Positions 59,091 to 64,000 of a DNA stretch of 64,000 nucleotides are shown piece after piece. Source of the stretch: Halarcobacter sp. (GTDB lineage Bacteria; Campylobacterota; Campylobacteria; Campylobacterales; Arcobacteraceae); contig CP182352.1 in assembly GCA_048571215.1 (NCBI GenBank), positions 960,001 to 1,024,000 on the forward strand, written 5' to 3'. The stretch's first letter is position 1. Every line of letters begins with the position of its first letter. The notes under the pieces were generated by a model. That model had not been told where the DNA came from and did not search any database. It saw only the letters and a program-made list of their open reading frames with translations. Both the position numbers and the translations under genes were made by a program.

Positions 59091-59627
59091 ATGTTTGAAG
59101 CAACAACAATACTTGCATACAAAGGTCAAGGGGAAGCTGTAATAGGTGGAGATGGTCAAGTAACCTTTGGAAATACAGTTTTAAAAGGTAATGCAACAAA
59201 GATTAGAACACTTTATAAAGGTGAAGTTTTAGCAGGATTTGCAGGAAGTACAGCTGATGCTTTTAATCTATTTGATATGTTTGAAACCCATTTGGAAACT
59301 ACAAAAGGTGATTTACTTAAAGCAGTTATTGCATTTTCAAAAGAGTGGAGAAAAGATAAGGTTTTAAGAAGACTTGAGGCTATGATGATAGTTTTAAACA
59401 AGGAACATATTTTTATCTTAAGTGGTACAGGTGATGTGGTTGAACCAGAAGATGGAATGATAGCTTCAATTGGAAGTGGTGGAAACTATGCTATTTCAGC
59501 AGCTCGTGCACTAGCTAAACACTCAAAGCTAAAACCAGTTGATTTAGTAAAAGAATCTTTGATGATAGCAGGTGAACTTTGTATATATACAAATCAAAAT
59601 ATTAAAATTTTAGAATTAGAGGATTAA
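59091..59627 (+). CDS. hslV: ATP-dependent protease peptidase subunit
   Basis: [20 protein letters not shown]. Confidence 0.97.
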   Translation: MFEATTILAYKGQGEAVIGGDGQVTFGNTVLKGNATKIRTLYKGEVLAGFAGSTADAFNLFDMFETHLETTKGDLLKAVIAFSKEWRKDKVLRRLEAMMIVLNKEHIFILSGTGDVVEPEDGMIASIGSGGNYAISAARALAKHSKLKPVDLVKESLMIAGELCIYTNQNIKILELED

Positions 59628-59633
59628 TCAAGT

Positions 59634-60962
59634 ATGGATATGACACCAAAACAGATTGTAGAATACTTAGATGATTATATCATAGGTCAAAACAATGCAA
59701 AAAAAACAATTGCCTTAGCACTTAGAAATAGATATAGAAGAATGAGAGTTGAACCAGAACTTCAAGAAGAGATTATGCCTAAAAATATTCTTATGATTGG
59801 AAGTACAGGGGTAGGTAAAACTGAAATTGCTAGAAGATTAGCAAAAATGATGGGATTGCCATTTATAAAAGTTGAAGCATCAAAATATACAGAAGTTGGT
59901 TTTGTAGGACGAGATGTTGAATCTATGATTAGAGATTTGGTTTATGAATCAATCAACTTAGTTACCCATGAGTTTGAAGATGCAATTAAAGATAAAATTG
60001 ATCAAGAAGTAAATAGATTAATAATTGAAAAATTAGTACCTCCTCTTCCTGAAACTGCAAGTGAAAGTGCAAAAGATTCTTTTATCAAAACTTATAACAA
60101 AATGGAAGAGAAATTATTATCAGGTGAGATTGATGATAGAAAAATAGAGATTGAAGTTCCTAAAAAAACCCATGTAGAGATTATTGATAGCTCTTTCCCT
60201 ATGGATATGAGTTCTATGCAAGAAAGCCTTAATAAAATGCTAGGTGGGATGAACAAAGAGAAGATAAAAAAAGAAGTTAAGATAAAAGATGCCAAAGTTT
60301 TACTAAAAGAGAGTGCTAGTGATAAATTGCTCGATAGGGAAGCTATTAAGATTGAAGCTATTAAAAGAGCAGAAAATGGTGGTATTATCTTTTTAGATGA
60401 GATTGATAAAATAGCAACAAGCTCTAAAGCTCAAAATCAAGATCCAAGTAAAGAGGGTGTTCAAAGAGATTTACTTCCTATAGTTGAAGGAAGTTCAGTT
60501 CATACAAAATTTGGACAAGTAAAAACTGATCATATTTTATTTATTGCAGCTGGAGCTTTTCATGTTAGTAAACCTAGTGATTTACTTCCTGAACTTCAAG
60601 GAAGATTTCCATTAAGAGTTGAATTGGAAAATCTAAATGAAGAAGCTTTATATAAGATATTAACAAATACAAAAAATTCACTTCTAAGACAATATAAAGC
60701 ATTATTAAAAGTTGAAGATGTAGAATTAGAATTTGATGACGAATCAATAAAAGCTTTTGCAAAATACGCAGAAAGTGCAAACCAGAAGACTGAAGATATA
60801 GGTGCAAGAAGACTTCATACTGTTATTGAAAAAGTTATAGAAGATATATCTTTTGAAGCTGATGAGAAACAGGGTGAAAAAATTATTATTACAAAAGAAC
60901 TTGTTGAATCGAAGCTTGATGATATAATTGAAGATGAAGATACTGCAAGATATATCTTGTAG
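59634..60962 (+). CDS. hslU: ATP-dependent protease ATPase subunit
   Basis: GSTGVGKTE, DEIDK, GVQRDLLP, GARRL. Confidence 0.97.
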   Translation: MDMTPKQIVEYLDDYIIGQNNAKKTIALALRNRYRRMRVEPELQEEIMPKNILMIGSTGVGKTEIARRLAKMMGLPFIKVEASKYTEVGFVGRDVESMIRDLVYESINLVTHEFEDAIKDKIDQEVNRLIIEKLVPPLPETASESAKDSFIKTYNKMEEKLLSGEIDDRKIEIEVPKKTHVEIIDSSFPMDMSSMQESLNKMLGGMNKEKIKKEVKIKDAKVLLKESASDKLLDREAIKIEAIKRAENGGIIFLDEIDKIATSSKAQNQDPSKEGVQRDLLPIVEGSSVHTKFGQVKTDHILFIAAGAFHVSKPSDLLPELQGRFPLRVELENLNEEALYKILTNTKNSLLRQYKALLKVEDVELEFDDESIKAFAKYAESANQKTEDIGARRLHTVIEKVIEDISFEADEKQGEKIIITKELVESKLDDIIEDEDTARYIL

Positions 60963-61022
60963 TAATTTAATTATTTTTTAGATAAAATTAGGAAGTTTCC
61001 TAAAAATACAATGGAGTAATTT

Positions 61023-61328
61023 ATGAAAATAGTAACCTTTAATGATTTAGATGAATCTTTAATAGAGAGTAAACATACAGTTGAACACTTTCAAAGTGGT
61101 TCTAGTGGTGAAGCACAAATAGCAATCTTAGATATTAACACTATCTTTGATTTTGAAGAGAACAAACATGAAACTTGTGCAGATAAGTTTATCTCTATTG
61201 CGATAATAGAAGATGATAGTGATTATGACGCATTTAAAAACTTTGGTGTTGATGCATGGATAAAACATGAAGATCTTGCGGATATTAATGGATTACTTAA
61301 TTTAATAGAAAAAAGGTATTTTTCATAA
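61023..61328 (+). CDS. Hypothetical protein (degenerate receiver-like)
   Basis: 101 aa, RBS GGAG. Confidence 0.7.
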   Translation: MKIVTFNDLDESLIESKHTVEHFQSGSSGEAQIAILDINTIFDFEENKHETCADKFISIAIIEDDSDYDAFKNFGVDAWIKHEDLADINGLLNLIEKRYFS

Positions 61329-62113
61329 TTATCGATACCCATTGTCATCTTGACAACAGCCAATTTTATGAAGATGTAGACCTCGTAATAAACCGTGCCG
61401 TAGAAAATCAAGTTAAAGGTTTTTTAATTCCAGGTGCAGATTTAGTTGATTTACCAAGGGCTGTGAAGCTTGCTGAAAAATATGAAGAGGTATTTTTTTC
61501 AGTTGGAGTCCATCCTTATGATATTGATGGCTACGATGAAAAAATTATGCAAGAGTATATCAATCACCCTAAATGTATTGCAGTTGGAGAGTGCGGATTA
61601 GACTATTTTAGGCTTCCAGAAAATGAAGATGAAAAAAAAGAGAATATAAAAAAACAAAAAGAGGTTTTTATAGCTCAAGTTGAGTTTGCAAAAAAAGTTA
61701 ATAAACCTTTGATTGTCCATATAAGAGAAGCTTCAAATGATTCAAGACAGATACTTATAGATTATAATGCAAAAGAGGTTGGGGGAGTATTGCACTGTTT
61801 TAATGCAAGTGAACATCTACTTCCTTTAGCTGATCATAATTTTTATTTTGGAATAGGTGGAGTTTTGACTTTTAAAAATGCAAAGAAACTTGTAGAGATT
61901 CTTCCTAAAATTCCAAAAGAGAAACTTATCTTAGAAACTGATTGCCCATATTTAACTCCCCATCCACATAGAGGGAAAAGAAATGAACCTTTTTATACAA
62001 CATTTGTAGCTAAAAAAGTCTCTGAACTCTTAGAAATATCTGAAGAGGATGTTGAAGAACTTACTACTTTAAATGCACAAAAGTTATTTAAGCAGTTTTC
62101 TACCATAATTTAG
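61325..62113 (+). CDS. tatD: TatD-family hydrolase (non-canonical ATA start)
   Basis: In-frame (I)IIDTHCHLD upstream of the listed ORF; GVHP, VGECGLD, ETDCPYL. Confidence 0.85.
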   Translation: MIIDTHCHLDNSQFYEDVDLVINRAVENQVKGFLIPGADLVDLPRAVKLAEKYEEVFFSVGVHPYDIDGYDEKIMQEYINHPKCIAVGECGLDYFRLPENEDEKKENIKKQKEVFIAQVEFAKKVNKPLIVHIREASNDSRQILIDYNAKEVGGVLHCFNASEHLLPLADHNFYFGIGGVLTFKNAKKLVEILPKIPKEKLILETDCPYLTPHPHRGKRNEPFYTTFVAKKVSELLEISEEDVEELTTLNAQKLFKQFSTII

Positions 62114-62150
62114 ATAAAATCTTACCTATTTCATAAAATTAGGATTTTAT

Positions 62151-63554
62151 TTGAAGATAATTTTTTTATTTATAACTGTTTTTACATTGAACCTTTATGC
62201 TTCGCTTATAGGTTCAAGTTTCTCACAAAGAGATTTACAAATTTTGGAAGATCTAGATATCAATGCAGCTTTTATAACTGATTATAAACTTCAAGAGGTT
62301 TATCAGTATTTATCAAATCGAAAAAGTACAAATTATTATTTAGAAAAATATAATGATGCAACACTTTTTGTGCCAAGAATCAGAGATATCTTAAGACAAG
62401 AAAATATTCCTGACGTTTTTATATATATGGCTATGGCAGAATCATATTTTACAATAGATGCCAAATCAAGTGCAAGGGCAATAGGTCTTTGGCAGTTTAT
62501 GAATGGAACTGCAAAGATTTATGGGCTAAGAAATGATTTATATGTTGATGAGAGAATGGATTTAGTTAAATCAACATACGCTGCCACAAAATATCTTAAT
62601 AGATTACATGACTTATTTGGTAAATGGTATTTAGCAGCTATTGCTTATAATTGTGGTGAAGGTAGGGTAATAGAAGCTATTACTAGAGCTACAATTGATA
62701 TGTATGTTGCAAAATTTCCTAAAATGAAATATGATAAACAAATTAAAAAATATCGTAAAGTAATTAGTGATTATCAACATAGAAGAGTAAGGTTTAGTAA
62801 GTTATCAAAAATATATAGGGAAGTTAAAAAGTGGAATTTAAAACCTGATGTAGATTATCTACTAAGGGAGCAAAAAGGTTTAAACAGACAATATCTGCCA
62901 AGAGAGAGTAGAAAATATATAAGAAAGATAATCTCTCTTGCTATGTTAAACTCTCAAAACTTTATTAAACATGAAGATAATTCACATCTTTTAAATCTTG
63001 GCATCTCTACTACTGTTGCTACTATTCCTGTAAAAGGTGGAACTCATCTAAAAGATATAGCAAAAACTATAGGTATGGACTATAAAAAACTTTTAAAACT
63101 AAATAGCCATATTAAACAATCAATTATTCCGCCAAATGAAAAGTATTATACTATCAACATTCCATACAGTAGACTAAATAGATTTAATCAAAATAAAGAT
63201 AAAATTAAAACAACAAAATTTGCAATTCATGTGGTTCACAGAGGAGATACTCTTTATGGTATTTCAAAAAAATATAAAGTTCCTTATAAAGTTATAAAAA
63301 ATTATAATAAACTTAGAAGTAATAGATTATCATTAAGACAAAAGATTATTCTACCAATTCCTGAAGATATGATAAACAAATTTAGTTCAAATACAAAAAA
63401 ATCTAGAAATTCAAAAAGACATTATGTTGTAAAAAGTGGAGATTCTTTGTATTCAATTGCAAGAAAACATAAGATTGATATAAAAAAGATTATTAGAGAT
63501 AATAACTTAAAAGATACACAACTTAGAATTGGAGATAAACTTGTTATTAGATAA
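62151..63554 (+). CDS. Lytic transglycosylase with LysM domains (MltD-like)
   Basis: AES, GLWQFM, AYNCGEG, LysM repeats GDTLY/GDSLY. Confidence 0.9.
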   Translation: MKIIFLFITVFTLNLYASLIGSSFSQRDLQILEDLDINAAFITDYKLQEVYQYLSNRKSTNYYLEKYNDATLFVPRIRDILRQENIPDVFIYMAMAESYFTIDAKSSARAIGLWQFMNGTAKIYGLRNDLYVDERMDLVKSTYAATKYLNRLHDLFGKWYLAAIAYNCGEGRVIEAITRATIDMYVAKFPKMKYDKQIKKYRKVISDYQHRRVRFSKLSKIYREVKKWNLKPDVDYLLREQKGLNRQYLPRESRKYIRKIISLAMLNSQNFIKHEDNSHLLNLGISTTVATIPVKGGTHLKDIAKTIGMDYKKLLKLNSHIKQSIIPPNEKYYTINIPYSRLNRFNQNKDKIKTTKFAIHVVHRGDTLYGISKKYKVPYKVIKNYNKLRSNRLSLRQKIILPIPEDMINKFSSNTKKSRNSKRHYVVKSGDSLYSIARKHKIDIKKIIRDNNLKDTQLRIGDKLVIR

Positions 63555-64000
63555 AAAACTTAGATATTCATATATATTATTACCTTTAGTTGCTTCTTTA
63601 TTTGTTGGATGTTCATCAAAAACAACAGTTCCTTATTCTGGTAATTATGGTGGTGGATATAAAAGTATTCCAAGTCAAAATATAAAAAATTCTAAAGCGA
63701 TGCATAGGGCAACAATGAGACCTTATAAGATTGCAGGTAAATGGTATTATCCAACTTTAGCAAAAGTTGGTGATGAACAAAGAGGGATTGCTTCTTGGTA
63801 TGGACCAAACTTTCATTCAAAAAAGACTTCAAATGGGGAAATATATAATATGTATGCCATGACAGCTGCACACAAAACCCTTCCTATGAATACTATGGTA
63901 AAAGTTGATAATTTAGAAAATGGAAAGTCTGTAGTAGTTAGGGTAAATGATAGGGGACCTTTTGTTAGTGGAAGGATAATTGACCTTTCTAATAAAGCTG
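63541..64000 (+). CDS. rlpA: Septal ring lytic transglycosylase RlpA-family lipoprotein (runs off the window)
   Basis: TTG start, lipobox [34 protein letters not shown]. Confidence 0.9.
   Translation, partial: MLLDKKLRYSYILLPLVASLFVGCSSKTTVPYSGNYGGGYKSIPSQNIKNSKAMHRATMRPYKIAGKWYYPTLAKVGDEQRGIASWYGPNFHSKKTSNGEIYNMYAMTAAHKTLPMNTMVKVDNLENGKSVVVRVNDRGPFVSGRIIDLSNKA

Noticed and set aside
31106..60807. Many antisense ORFs in the track (e.g. 31106-31696, 41960-42478, 55615-55968)
   Set aside because: They are fully nested opposite well-supported genes and show no recognisable motifs
1..64000. tRNA/rRNA genes
   Set aside because: None recognised by eye; a tRNAscan-SE/Infernal run would be needed to exclude them

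Overview
AT-rich bacterial chromosome segment, most consistent with Arcobacteraceae (Campylobacterota); the taxonomy is inferred from gene content and order. Bases ~11.6-64 kb are mostly core-like genes: a torA/bisC-type S/N-oxide reductase locus with a three-component sensor, uvrA, a full chemotaxis operon, an aconitase homologue with several catalytic residues replaced, cysE-speA-hisS-tmk-coaD-ubiX, rplI-hslVU and tatD-mltD-rlpA. Bases 1-11.6 kb form an accessory hotspot with four layers. (i) Two integron-type cassette arrays on the minus strand carry six attC-like sites. Each array starts at a near-identical attI-like site, and there is no integrase in the window. (ii) A ~612-bp non-coding repeat is present in five full or partial copies. 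It is built from two diverged inverted halves whose hairpins covary, and a copy lies upstream of each attI-like site. (iii) An IS110 element has inserted into one repeat copy. Its non-coding end carries all four bridge-RNA guide segments, which match both the repeat target and its own donor junction. (iv) ~20-bp palindromic mini-inserts are nested inside the repeats after TTTT.
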